From Psammoneis japonica (lineage: Eukaryota), in the NCBI GenBank assembly GCA_008632985.1, contig QPGO01000150.1:62001-126000 (forward strand): DNA of 64,000 nt. Reading direction: 5' to 3'. Shown here one piece after another: positions 13,501 through 26,035 of this stretch. Every line of letters starts with the position of its first letter. Position 1 is the stretch's first letter. The position numbers were made by a program, and so were the translations under genes. Below the pieces are notes generated by a model. That model saw only the letters and a list, made by a program, of their open reading frames with translations, was not told the DNA's origin and did no database searches.

Positions 13501-14126
13501 AATTGACTGCACCCGTTGGAGCGGTCAATGAAAGGTTTAGTTGCTGCACTTATCTGGCGTTGACAAAAAAGTTCCCTTCCTACTGCCAGAATTTTGATGC
13601 ACCCCCCGGCTATCTCCGTGAGTACTGTATGAAGGACTACCAAAACTATGGCGCCTCGAACTATGAAACCGAGGAGGTTCTTGCCATTCCGGGTTTTGCA
13701 AACAGAGACAAGACCAGCGCTAAATACATGAGAGTGGCAGATCCTGTCATGGCGACACTTACTTCCAAAAGGAAGCAATCGGGTGCTACTGTATTCCGAA
13801 CAAAAACATCTCGGTTAGAGACTGGAATGTTTCCTAAATCTCAGGTCAAGGGCGACTTTTCTAGCCCAAAAGCCGCGGCGAAACAAGGGGTAAATTCCTT
13901 GTTGAAAGTCTTGGTTATATATAGAACAGGAAAGGAGATATTGTTCTTTTCAAGAAACAAGACAATTGAAATCCCGCAGCCCGATCCGGATCGTTCTGAT
14001 TCAGGCTTACAAGATGAGACACCGCTCAGAGTTTCAACGGAATCCGAAGTTCTCGAATTGGTCTTGGATACCAACAGGAGGAAGATCAAGAAAATTCGAG
14101 CAAAAATCATTGATGCACAGCAATGA
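10519..14126 (+). CDS. Paralogous secreted M64-like metallopeptidase, no introns seen, one apparent 1-nt frameshift near 12635
   Basis: Same domain order as 6437-9998, with YGGAG and VHELGHSLFELTDEY. The shifted frame from about 12636 reads PSNNETAQ...GSLGAGKQC into the 12783 ORF. Start codon uncertain (10498 or 10519). Confidence 0.85.
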
Positions 14127-14512
14127 AAGTAGAAATACGGCATATTTGCCTAGTGATGGCCTAAGTTCATGATTCCGTAGATAGCTACTGCGTATCTTTG
14201 TCCCGCTTACCGGTACGTTGAGATTCTATAAAAGTTATGAACTCTGGCGCAGGTTTTTGTCTGAATTGCCTGCACGAGTTATAGTAGTACGGTACTGTAC
14301 GTAGACTGGGTGTAAAGCATTATTTTTTATGCCCATCGAAAATGGGGACATTTTCTAAGCACAATGACTTGGAGATCTCGAGAGTCACAATTTCATATTT
14401 GCCCTCTAGATTCCATGACTGGGACCGCCGCAATGTACACAGCTAAGAGCATCAACAACAGATTCGCTATATCTCTACTTTTCATTTGACGGAGCTCTTT
14501 TGATAATCATCC

Positions 14513-17500
14513 ATGACGTTCTCCTTTCTCCGCACACCATGGATCGGAGCGGCGCTGTGTGCCGTGATGTTGCAAGTCGCAGATTGCCAATTGCCTTCGA
14601 ACGAGACATCTCCTCCCGTGTCGATGCTAAGAAAAAGGAGCAAAGAGAAGTGGACAAAAGAGTCCGCGGGAAGCGCTGAGATCCTTCGAATCGCCGCGGA
14701 TGATGACAAGGAACTGGCCGAGGCAATATCATTGTTCGTAAAGTACAAAAATGGAAGAGGAAAGTCTTTGGCGAGAAAGGTGTCGAGAGTCAAATCCAAG
14801 AGACTACCCCACCAACCCATTATGTCGATCGAGACGATCGACAGAGAAGCAATTCGAGAGTTGTTGGACAATCCAAATATTGATTTCGTCGAACTCAATC
14901 ACAAAGTACATGCACTGCAACCGCGGGAGCGCCCCAAGAAACCACTTGCACCGGAAGAGCAACGCCGTCGCGTGCTTGAACATGTCGGATATGGCATGAA
15001 AATGGTGCAAGCGGATCAATTATGGGACATTCCGAGGAACGCTTCGCAAACTGGAAATATGACGATTTGCATCATTGACAGTGGCATGGCTTTGGGACAT
15101 CCAGATCTTCCCATTGAAGGCGTGACGGGAACTAACACCGGGATTGGTGATTGGAGGGTGGATGACTATGGCCACGGCACACACTGCCTGGGAACAATTG
15201 GGGCGCTAGGAAACAACGACATTGGTGTTGCAGGGGTTCTACGAAACATGTCAGGCTTCAATTTCCACGCTGCCAAAGTTTTGGACGCGAGGGGCGACGG
15301 ATCTGAATTTCTTGTCTTGAAGGCACTCGAAGGTTGCATCGCAGCCGGTTCCAAGGTGATAAGTATGAGTATTGGAGGAGACGAAACAAGTGACATAGCT
15401 CGAAATGCTTTCCAAAAAGCATACGACGAAGGTGCTTTATTGGTTGCTGCTTCTGGGAATGCAGGCGACACATCATACGCCTTTCCGGCATCTTTCCCTT
15501 CCGTAATGTCGGTAGCTGCAACTGGACCGGATGAAGCAGTTGCACAGTTTTCTCAGTACAACGATCAAGTGGAGATTGCTGCACCCGGAATCGATATTGT
15601 TTCTACAGTGCCAAAGGTTGGTGGGACACAGTATGGCTACGATAGCTGGAGTGGTAAGTCTGCAGATAAATTCAGTCATTTTCAACATTATATATGGCTA
15701 TGCCTCATTGTTCTCTCGGCTGTTTCTCTTGAGAAAGGCACTTCCATGGCAACACCCTTTGTAGCAGGCATTGCTGCCTTGCTGTGGTCTCATTTTGAAG
15801 AATGTTCGAACCACCAAATCAGAAACGTTCTGATACGCACTGCCAGAGATATATCAGAAGCCGGTTGTGACACCGAGACCGGATTTGGGATGGTCCAAGC
15901 AAAGGAAGCATATGATCGGTTGAAGCGCGATGGATGTGCAGCCGGCGGTGCTTCCCCACAGCCACTTTCGAATGGAGCACTAGGTGGTTGCAAGCAAGAT
16001 CCTCGTTATACCCAGCCTCCAACACCTTCACCGACGGAGTTCCTTTGCGAAGATAAGGTTTTTATGCTCAATCTGACGACCGATAAGTGGGGCGAGGAAA
16101 CGTCTTGGGTTCTAACTAATTCCAAAAACGACGTCATTGAATCTGCTTATGGGCTTCGAAGTGAGAAGACCATCATCACGAGACTCTGCTTGCCTGTCGA
16201 CAGCTACACCTTTACCATTCGAGACCGCGAGAACGACGGAATCTGTTGCAACTATGGCGAAGGACGTTACTCGGTTTACTTTGACGGCCAACTGGAGAAA
16301 GATGGTGGGAATTTTGGGCCCATAGACAAAGTCAGGTTTGGTTTGAAAACGGAAGAATTGTCCTCTCCTTCGCTGGCACCTTCGGGAGAACCCGCGACTT
16401 TCGTTCCGTCCATGTCGCCAACACTCTCGTCCGCGACACTATCTACGGTTTCGGACGAAGAAACAACAACACAGGTTCGCCCCGGGCCTGAAGACGAGTG
16501 TATTGATGATAAGTTCTGGATCTTCTCTACGAAAGCCGGGGTGAGCAAGCCATGCAGGTACTTAAAATCCAAATCAGAGTCGCGGTGCCAACTGATCGGA
16601 CAGATGCGTTGGGAAATGATGCATCTGGCTACGAGGCGTGTCCACGAACATGTGGGACTTGCTCGATAAGTGATGTCATTGAAACATCGGCACCAACAAG
16701 AACAGCAACGTCTGCCCCGACCACGTACCCGACCAACGCTCCATCGTCCCGAGCGCCGACGTCACGCCCAACAATATCTGTCACTGACACCCCGACCATC
16801 ACCGGTGCAAACAAGGCCCACAGCGCAGAAAAAGTGCATTCCGAGTGCAGTGACGATGGTAACTGGGTCTTCACGAAGAATGGTTCAACAAAGAAGTGCA
16901 AGTTTGTTGCAAAGAATCCCGACGCGCGGTGCAAGCTTGTTGGGCAAGATGAGAAGAACAACTCTGTATCGGCCTTCGACGGTTGTCCCCACTCGTGCGG
17001 AAAATGCAGTTTGACCAGGGTATCAGAACAAACGGCGGCACCATCCACTATGACTCTATCTCCAACGATTCATCCTTCGCCAAATCCGACAAACCAACCT
17101 ACAAAGATACCCACAAAGTCTCCAACTCTTGCGCCAACACCGTCGCCAACGTTCAATCCAACAGCGTCACCCACGCCTGTTCCGTCAAAACCTCTCTCAT
17201 CGACGGATAGCATTGAATGTCGAGATGACGGAGATTGGGTTGGATATTGGTACTTCATTCAAAAGGATTGCAAATACCTGGAGGCAGAACCGTCCTCTTG
17301 CGGGGTAACAGGCAAGAATGCGGAAGGCTTCACTCTGTCTGGCTACGAGGCTTGTCCGGTCGCTTGCAATACGTGCCCAGAGACGTCGTTCACACCGTCT
17401 ACACTGTGTAACACTGGATATGAGAACGGCATACTCCTGTGTGAGGAAGATGAAAGCAAAAATGAATGCACCGTTTTTGTGAAATTAAATGGCGACAGCT

Positions 17501-18168
17501 GCGATGACTTTTGCGCGAAGCAAGGCGGATACTGTATCTCGGCATTAGAAAATGCAGGGGATTCCTGTTCGAGCAAAGGGCCAAGAAAGTGCAGTGATAA
17601 ACTGAAAGACAATATCTGCTCGTGCTGGAATGGATATTCTCCGGAGCCCCCGCCACCACCTCCACCCAAAAACATTGCTCCTCCGGCGCCGGCGTCATCG
17701 AAGAAGCCTCCATCATGTAGAAGTCACAATGGCAAAGACTTCCTTTTGTGTGAGGAAACAGAGATAGAATGTTCAGCCTATGTTCGCTTGGAAGGAGAGA
17801 GCTGCGATGACTACTGTAAGAGTCAAGGCGGTACATGTATTTCCGCTGAAAGTAACGGGGGTGAAATCACGTGCCACAATAGAAAGGCTTGCCGAGACAA
17901 TGCTAATGATAACATTTGCACGTGCTCGGTGCAATCGTCATCCTGTGCGAGCCATAATGGCAAAGACTTCCTCTTGTGTGAACATACGGAAACCGAATGT
18001 ACAGCCTACGTTGAACTAGACGGGGATACCTGTGACGCTTTCTGCGAGTACAACGGAGGTAGTTGTCTCTACGCGAAAAGTAACGGCGACAAAGTCACTT
18101 GCGACAGTAATCGTCCAGAGTACTGCAGGGACAATGCGGGAGATAATATCTGCAGATGCTCCTTTTGA
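14513..18168 (+). CDS. Secreted S8 subtilisin-like protease with C-terminal Cys-rich repeats
   Basis: Catalytic motifs IIDSG, HGTH, AASGN and GTSMA. An 84-nt in-frame intron (15654-15737) restores WSGTSMA. A 1-nt frameshift near 16600 joins CQLIG to TDALGNDASGYEACP. Confidence 0.9.
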
Positions 18169-18736
18169 AGTGATCGAATGATCAAAATTGCATCCGCCTC
18201 CTTTACTGCAACCTATATGGAAGCGAGAGCAATACAGACTTTCTGCTCTTGACACACGGAACGGCGGCAGCTGCGAGTTGTTTATCGTGAACACCTCTAG
18301 ATACCGCAAGGAGCTCCATCCACACAACCTATTCACCAGTTGGTGCATAGGCCCCGATTTGTTCCTGCTCGCCTCTCTCGCGAGCACCCGCTAGCACCTC
18401 AACTCCAGGCAACTTGTCATGACGTAAAAAACTAAACTCATTCAACTATATATAGCCCGGTCGCCTTCACGAACGTACTTTATGACTATTGAGTAGGTTG
18501 CTTTTTAATGCTGTGCTGCCGAGTCCAAGAACTCTGGCTGCTCTGGTCCTTTGTTGCAGAGGAGCAAGCGACAGAAGTGAGCACAAGCGAAATAGAGCTG
18601 TGCCACCAATTAGAACTTTGGAGAGGAGGAACGCCTCTCTATGCGAGTAACTCCTCGTCATGCCAACCAGCACGCAAAAACGGCAAAGACTTCATGATCG
18701 TGGCTGAATAACGATAAGCCCATAACCCAAACTCGA

Positions 18737-18880
18737 CATTTGACTTCGAGTCAAAGTAAGCTAAATGAATAGTGTAAAACGTTAAGTGTCATTTCCACTT
18801 CGACACAGAGACAGCTATATGATTAGTGCAAATCGTTAAGTGTCATTTACACTTCGACACAAAGAAAGCTAAATGCTTAA
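18737..18880. repeat. About 54-bp tandem repeat, about 2.7 copies
   Basis: CGTTAAGTGTCATTT.CACTTCGACACA.AGA.AGCTA occurs twice, with a degenerate partial copy upstream. Confidence 0.8.
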
Positions 18881-19179
18881 CGGCAGTGGTCAGATTTCAA
18901 ATTCTGAGCAATACAGAAATGTCAATGATGAATAAGGATTTTAGATCCCTTCTGCCCTTAATGTCATTATTCCAATGCCACTAATGAATACACAAATGAA
19001 TTTGTATTCCATCCTTTTCGTAAACTTTGATCTATCGGCATTTTCAATACGAGTACGCGATGACAACAATAAAGCATGCTTGTATGTGTCATGGTCATAA
19101 GCTGTAAGGCATACCGTCACATTTGGATTGAACTCGGGGATGTTGGTGTCGAAAGTAGCCATTTGTTTGACATTCGTGA

Positions 19180-21270
19180 TTTTTCATCGCCCACAAATTG
19201 GGATTTCAACTGAGTCGAGTTGATGTTGGACGTGTGCAAAGCACTGCGTTTGATGAAACAATTGAGGGCTCTGGGCTTATGGCATTTTATGCCATGGAGA
19301 CTTAAAATGGTGAATGGGTTGACAATCAAGCCAGTGATCGGGTTTGCCAACATTTCCAAAAATGTGACAACAAAAATTGCATCACTCAACAACCAACAAC
19401 CCCTCAAGAGAAGAAACAAGAAAAGTGATTCCTCTTTGCACTTGAATTAAAAGAGACAACAATGCACAACAAATGTTCAAGAAGGACAAGAAGCTCTTGA
19501 ATGCATGAAACAAGAAGAGAGTCAATGAATCACTCTTGTTTCGAACCTCTTGCCCTGTTCTCTCCTCCATGGTGGTTGGTTGAAAGGTTGGTGGTGGTTT
19601 TTTGTGAGACTTGCAGCTTGATGCATGTTGATGCATGAACAAATGGCCCATGTGTGGTGTCACCTTTGGAATGTGCCACTTGTGGAGCTTGAGTGGACAG
19701 CTCTCTGTGCTCAAGCTTTGTCCGCCAAATGCTCCGTCAAAGTCCAGATGCTGCCCCATCCCACCCAACCATTGAAAAAAAAACAGTTCTTGCAAAATGC
19801 TGTTGCCTGTTTCCCTCTTCCTCTGCAGAGCAGCTCTCTTGGTGACAGTGCCACCCACACACCAGACTGTGCTCAAGAATGCTTTCCAACCTGCCAGCCA
19901 AGACACCCAGCTCGGGGCTGTGTGGGCTCGAATCTCTCTCAAGACACAAGCTGCTGAGCATGTTTCTGGCACTGGCGGCAATGCTGAGCCCTCCTTCCTG
20001 TTTGACTTCCCAGGGGTGTGCCCAGACTGCCTGCATGCTGGCCCAACCACAAGAGTTGCTGTTTTGCCAGTTTTGTCAGCAGGATGTGCCAAGGCTGCTC
20101 TGGCCATGTGTGCCTGGCTGGCACCACAATGCAAAGACAGGTGCGACAGCACTTTCTGCTGTCAGCAAAGAGTGTGAGCTGGCTGGACTGCCCAACCCCA
20201 CACTTCACAGTTCCTTGGCAGCCACTCCAAATCAAGCGCCAGCTTGGGACCAACTGCACCTGGCTGGTTGCAATGCAAAGACAGCTGTGACAGCAATTTG
20301 TGACAACAAGAGAGAGTGTGAGCTGGCTGGGCTCCTGACCCCAGCACAGCCACTTCACAGCCCCTCAGCACTGGCTCCCAATCAAATGCCAACTTGGCAC
20401 CAACAGCCACAAAGCCATTGTTGCAGATCTCTGCACCTGGCCCCTCACACAACATGTGTGGCCTTTGCAAAATGGGCCCCTGGCCAACTGCAGACTCCTC
20501 ATGGCTTGCAACAAGCCACCACAACACAGAGCATTGTGGGGTGAATGCAGCACAGCTTGAGCAAGCAAGCCATGCTGGGAGCACCAAGAGCTGGCTGCTG
20601 TCCTGGAGCTCCATTCAAAGCTGAGCTGGGCTGCTTGACTCCTTGGTGGGTGGCACATGCTTGCTTGGCATCACATTGTTGCCAAGCAGAGCCACATGGC
20701 ATGTGCCCACCATTTGCACCTGCAACAGTGATCCCTGGCCACAAAAAAGCCAACAAAAAGTTGAGCCTGCTTTTGTGGTTGAAGGGTGAAGAAATTGTGA
20801 GTGAGGTTGGGTTCAAGAGTTTGTTGGCAATGCCAAGTGGGCGGCCAAAGAGAGGCACCAAAAATGACTGTGTGAAGTGTCTCTCGCTCATTTCTCAAGA
20901 GGAGCTTGTGCTCATGATGCGGGGTCTGAAGCAAGCACCAGTCAAGAGGACAACAATTCTTTCCCTCTCTGTTCCACCCAAAACACAGCCTTTGAGTCAA
21001 TGTGGTGCTCCTTCAACAATTGATGCACACACTGGGAGGAGCAGCTGTGGAGCCAGGGCAGCAGGCCTGGCAGGGCTTGGCTCACAACCAAGCTGGGCTT
21101 CTCAGCTTGGCAGCACACACTCAGAGTCACATTGTTGCCCTCCTGCAGCTGCAATGTGCCCCACTCTTTGCACCTGCAGCAACCACCCCTGGACCAAAAG
21201 AAGCCAGTGCAACTCTGGCCCTGGTTGCATGGTCAAATTGTGTGTGTGTTCAACTGTCGGAATCCCCTCC
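19180..21270. other. TpA- and CpG-depleted island 2 with an internal repeat of about 144 bp
   Basis: TA is nearly absent and CG is rare. CAATGCAAAGACAG and AGAGTGTGAGCTGGCTGG each recur about 144 bp apart (about 20120-20410). Confidence 0.85.
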
Positions 21271-21981
21271 TTTTTTCCCTTTTCCTTTAAACCGGCCACG
21301 AATATGAAAAAATTGCCGCAAAAACCTTTTCCCATCCTAGAGAAAGCGCAGATTCGGATTTTTTCTGCGCGCAGGCAACGCGAACGAACAATCGAGTGGA
21401 TTTCGCGTTGGTTTGGATACACATTTAAGGACCGGCTAAATGCGCAGTGCGCATTTTTGAGTTTTTGGGTCTCATTTTGCACTAAATGCGCAAAAATGCG
21501 CTACTGCGTAGAAACATACCAGGATTCTACGTGGCGTCACACCTAAACGTTGCAACGCACTCGTGATGAGCTTGCAACTGCAACAGAAGTAATTAGCCCT
21601 CTCTAGAGAGACAAGAAGTGACAGTCATATCATAAAACTCACTGTTACATACATTTACAGCTATCACCTACTCAAGCAAGTGATAGTGCTTGCTGTTCAG
21701 TCGTTCAAACATGCAGATCTCAAGAATGTCGCGTGGGATCTCAGTCACGGTTGGCCGAAGCTTAGCGGCAGCGCGCAGACAGTGCGCGCAGGGTTGGAGG
21801 GAGGCTGTGACGTCATCTATCAGTACTGTATCTACGCAGAATACACGTAGCCAGTTTCAGCGCATAAATGAGCGCAAAACCGGGTTTCGACGAGCGCATT
21901 TAGCCGGTGCTTATACACATTCGAGCAGAGAAAAAACGAGTGCCGTTCCACTCTTGGCGCTTATACGTTCATACAATCACG

Positions 21982-23688
21982 ATGGACAGATTTTGTGTTG
22001 GTGGGTCTGCATTGATGCTGCTGTACACATGGATTGCAATTGTGGTAGGGTCGTCAGCATCAGCAGAACCGAGGACGAGCTACACATCAGCAGCACAAGA
22101 AGAATCTTTTGTAGTTGTGGATACCATTGATTTTACTAATCATTCAACGTGCCACGACAAATCGGGATTAGACGATCTTATACAACTTGGACCCTCCGGC
22201 GAGATTACATCGCTCCAGCAATGTGTGAATCTCGCAACTTCTTTTTATAATAAATCATACCAAACAGCACCAAAGAGCTACTACAACACCTTATTTTTCG
22301 GCAAATTATCTCAGAACGACGAACGGTGCTATTCTGCCTGTTGGTCCAAGGAAGAACATACCTGCCATTGCCACCTTGGAGCTATTTGGATGCCTCTACC
22401 AAACGAAACTGTAGACTCGGTAGTCGTAGACTGGCCTTGTCAATCACCAAGGGATTGTTCGTACAATGGCGTATGCTCTGAGACAACAACGAAAAGGCCT
22501 ACTTGCAAGTGCAATACGGGATGGGGTGGGGTACGGTGTGGAGAATTACAATTCCTCCCGGTAAACAAACGACACATGGGTATTCGACGACAACGATTTA
22601 CTGCTACAGGCGAACTCATGAATGTCAGTACATGGGGAGCTCCAATCTTGTGGGACGAACAGAGCCAAAGATGGCATGCTTGGGCTTCCGAAATGATTCA
22701 CGACTGTGGAATTAATGCTTGGGCTTCCAATTCTCAAATTGTTCATTACGTGAGTAGTAGCAACGAATCATCACAACATTATCCAATTGGTCCCTTTGTT
22801 CGCAAAAACGTTTTTGCTCCGCCTTTTGCTCACGAGCCAAGCGTCAAACGAGGTCCCAACGGGGAGTGGGTCATGCTCTATTCCGCATTTAATCCAACGA
22901 CACGCAAGACAAGTCACCAGGGGTACTTGTACAATGAAACATTGTGGAAAAGGAGTGTTTGTACCAATTGTAGTCAGGGTGCATCCTTATCGCCCGTCTC
23001 GAGTCGCGGCTGTCCCTTTCAACGAGGACAGCCCAAAGAATTGGCGCATCCCTTTGTTCAAATCATGGCCACTGCACCCACTCCGAATGGGCCTTGGAAA
23101 CATTTTGAAATTCATCCCTTGACGCAAGGTTGGGATTGGAATACGGCTCTCACCATTAATGCGGATGCAAGTGCCGTTGCATTGATTCGAGGTGGAATGG
23201 TGTGGTATGCATCCAATTATGCCGACAATACAACGTGGCACCCCGTCAATGGTGAAAACAATAAGGACAATAATAAGCGCCAATCTCCATCGTGGCCCAT
23301 TGCGGTGGAAGATCCGTACATTTGGAGAGACGGTAATGGTATCTATCATGCAATTGCTCATTGTTTTGATCCCTTTTTTGGTGTCCACGCCTTTGTGGAT
23401 CCCAAGGATGTTCCGACAGACTTTTCCAAGGATATCATGAATTGGACAGTGACTGGCGTGGCCTATGGGAACAAGGTTAACTTTACCGATGGGACTAGCT
23501 TTACGTTTGGGAGGAGAGAACGACCTCAATTAATATGGGCACCGGGAAAGGAAGGTGTGACGCCAGTGGCTCTGTCCAATGGTGTCCTGTATGGAAGCAA
23601 CAGGTATACCCTTGGACAAGACATGACATTTACATTGATACAAGGGATCCGACAAACGGTGATTGAACAAGAGAAATCGATTCAATAA
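21982..23688 (+). CDS. Secreted EGF-domain plus GH43-like beta-propeller glycoside hydrolase
   Basis: Hydrophobic N-terminus, EGF motif CSYNGVC...CKCNTGWGGVRC, and motifs WGAP, AHEP, VEDPYIW and RERPQL. Confidence 0.7.
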   Translation: MDRFCVGGSALMLLYTWIAIVVGSSASAEPRTSYTSAAQEESFVVVDTIDFTNHSTCHDKSGLDDLIQLGPSGEITSLQQCVNLATSFYNKSYQTAPKSYYNTLFFGKLSQNDERCYSACWSKEEHTCHCHLGAIWMPLPNETVDSVVVDWPCQSPRDCSYNGVCSETTTKRPTCKCNTGWGGVRCGELQFLPVNKRHMGIRRQRFTATGELMNVSTWGAPILWDEQSQRWHAWASEMIHDCGINAWASNSQIVHYVSSSNESSQHYPIGPFVRKNVFAPPFAHEPSVKRGPNGEWVMLYSAFNPTTRKTSHQGYLYNETLWKRSVCTNCSQGASLSPVSSRGCPFQRGQPKELAHPFVQIMATAPTPNGPWKHFEIHPLTQGWDWNTALTINADASAVALIRGGMVWYASNYADNTTWHPVNGENNKDNNKRQSPSWPIAVEDPYIWRDGNGIYHAIAHCFDPFFGVHAFVDPKDVPTDFSKDIMNWTVTGVAYGNKVNFTDGTSFTFGRRERPQLIWAPGKEGVTPVALSNGVLYGSNRYTLGQDMTFTLIQGIRQTVIEQEKSIQ

Positions 23689-23706
23689 GCTCCATCGTCG
23701 GCATCC

Positions 23707-25461
23707 TTACTCCTTCTTCTGTTGATTCTTCTTCTTGGATATCCAAAATGTCCGTAGAGCAAACTGCAGTGCCCGCCCACCTTGAAACAAGGCCAATAGC
23801 CACCACGATCCTGCCAAAGTTCCTGGCCGATATGGACTCAGCAATAACGCCGCAGTGACAATTGTTGTAATGACATAGCTGCTGGATAAGAAACCAAGAT
23901 CCCGCTGTGCCAGTAGCATTCCTTCGCAAGTTAGAGCAATAGCATGCATGGAAACACTCAATGCCAGTATTGGCGCCGTCTGATGCAATGCCGTAGCCAC
24001 GTCTACATCGGTAGTAAACAGCCCGGCTCCCTTGGCGGGCAACAGCCCCGCCAAGGCGGCGGCACAAAGCCCCGCCAAGACGCCCACCACGAAGAGCAAC
24101 CGCTTGGCTCCTGGTTTTGGAGTTCCCGTTCGTTTTTCTTCCGCCAATATGCCTGGCAAAAAGACTTGGGATGTCATGCCTACGGAATCACCGACGGGTG
24201 TCCAAAAGAAAAAGGAACGGAGTAGTACTTGATGAGCAGCGAGTGCAGTAGCTCCGAGTCTTCCGACAGACAAGCCGACACCATTGTATACGACGGATTT
24301 GCCGAGAATGGTAAAGAAAATCGGAGCCGCATACTGGAGAAAGCGGCGGAGGTTTTTCTTGGTTGGAATGACAATGAGCGGTACTTGTTTGTGACTGCTA
24401 TTTGTAATGTCTTGTTGTCTTGTCTCGCGTGCTCTCCTTATTCTATTCAAAAGAAACGCGGTTGCAAAACAGTCGGCACCAAGTGTTGCAATGGCGGCAC
24501 CAACAATTCCAAGCTTGGCTCCTCGTACCAACCCAATTGTCCCGACAGCATTAAGACAAAACGCCATTGCTACAGAAAGTAGCGGTCCCCTCGTGTCCTT
24601 GGCGGCCAGTGCTGCCGCTCGAGCAACGCTCGCCATGACAACCACGGGTTGACCAAAGGCTCGAACCAACGCATAACGCAGTGCCGAAGGCACGACTTGT
24701 ACACTCTCTTTTCCAGCAATGGCCGATAACAGGGGACGGCCTGCTGTAAAGACAATTGAGGCTAGAAAGGTCCCACTGCACATTGCCAAAAAGAGAGCTT
24801 CACTCACGGTTCGTTCTGCTCCATTTTCATCTCCGTCGGCAAGAGCCGAACTCACAAGATTCGTCGCAGCCGTGGCGATAAACATGAATAGATACGAAGA
24901 CGAATCAATCAGCGTACATGCTGGACCCAATGCCGCCAAGTCGATCGGACCACAATACCGTCCAACCACGGATGTATCAATGAGAGACATGACTGGAGGT
25001 GCAATCCAAAGCGCCAATGTGGGTGCTACAAATCGCAACACCGCCATGGGACGGAGCGATGGTGTTTCTTTTTCACTTTCCACAAGTAGTTCTTCTTCTT
25101 TTTCTGGTACTGCTGTTTCTTTTTCTTTTAATAATAAATCCTCTTGTAGCACGAGAGATACATTCATGTCGTCCGCCACAGACTCCATAAGGTCTCGAAC
25201 CGCCATTGTCTTTTCTCCTACACCAAAACCCTCGATTAAATCACTCGTAACATTTGTTGGGATATTTATTAGATCGGTTTCATCCTCTATAGCTCTCAGT
25301 CGCGTTGATAGAAATCTATCCACCGATCCATAATGATGACGATGATTTATTCGCAAAGCAGCCCGAGAAGAAGAAAAGCCAAGTATTGGTGTTGGGTTTC
25401 GCAGTAAAGAACAAAAACACATTATTCTCAAGAGCGAAACCATTTTTACGCTCGTTTTCAT
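23707..25461 (-). CDS. MATE-family transporter, probably plastid-targeted
   Basis: PVMSLIDTSVVG, LAALGP, KDTRGPL, LAAHQV and EGMLLAQRDL motifs with many TM helices. Leader is a signal peptide followed by G-F-S and a Ser/Arg-rich segment. Confidence 0.9.
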   Translation of the reverse strand: MKTSVKMVSLLRIMCFCSLLRNPTPILGFSSSRAALRINHRHHYGSVDRFLSTRLRAIEDETDLINIPTNVTSDLIEGFGVGEKTMAVRDLMESVADDMNVSLVLQEDLLLKEKETAVPEKEEELLVESEKETPSLRPMAVLRFVAPTLALWIAPPVMSLIDTSVVGRYCGPIDLAALGPACTLIDSSSYLFMFIATAATNLVSSALADGDENGAERTVSEALFLAMCSGTFLASIVFTAGRPLLSAIAGKESVQVVPSALRYALVRAFGQPVVVMASVARAAALAAKDTRGPLLSVAMAFCLNAVGTIGLVRGAKLGIVGAAIATLGADCFATAFLLNRIRRARETRQQDITNSSHKQVPLIVIPTKKNLRRFLQYAAPIFFTILGKSVVYNGVGLSVGRLGATALAAHQVLLRSFFFWTPVGDSVGMTSQVFLPGILAEEKRTGTPKPGAKRLLFVVGVLAGLCAAALAGLLPAKGAGLFTTDVDVATALHQTAPILALSVSMHAIALTCEGMLLAQRDLGFLSSSYVITTIVTAALLLSPYRPGTLAGSWWLLALFQGGRALQFALRTFWISKKKNQQKKE

Positions 25462-26035
25462 CAGGCTTGATCAGCAGACTATAAAGACTTATGCAACAAT
25501 ATTAACGACTAGATGTGATGAAAAGAAACAAACAGTTGCTCAAAGACTCGTCTCGGAGCGGGATGGTGCCGGTATTTGACACGAGGGACTGCTGAAATGA
25601 GAAATGAAGAGGTGTAGTGTGCGGTCCCTACGCCTTGACGAGAAAAGAGGGATCCTATCAAGGCCCCCGTTCAAAATAGTGTAAGGGATTTTTACTGTAG
25701 TGATCTGAAGGGGGGCACCATAGAAGCATCTAAAGACAACGCGGGTTGAGCGCGCGTCCCCGGCGATCCCGGAACTTCAACCAAAAAACTCGACACCGAT
25801 ACATCATGAGATCGAAGTTGCGTCGATACCAAGCGCAACTATGGATAGTCTAGTACAACATCGTTCATTGACCGCCAAGTACACATGCCTCCCGGAATAC
25901 AAGGAACTTTGAGAATGGTTGCATACAAGCTACATCGCAGCATTTGCGATTCAATCAATCAGGGATTGGGTGGTTTGTTAGGTAAGTCGCGCAAAACACG
26001 CCACACAGACGACTCACTCACAATTTTTTTGACGC

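Noticed and set aside
15654..15737. 28-aa insertion next to the subtilisin catalytic Ser
   Set aside because: It is an 84-nt GT-AG intron without an in-frame stop. Removing it restores SGTSMA.
19382..21546. Cys/His-rich ORFs in the islands as real metal-binding proteins
   Set aside because: They overlap in all frames and are explained by loss of TAA/TAG and conversion of Tyr codons.
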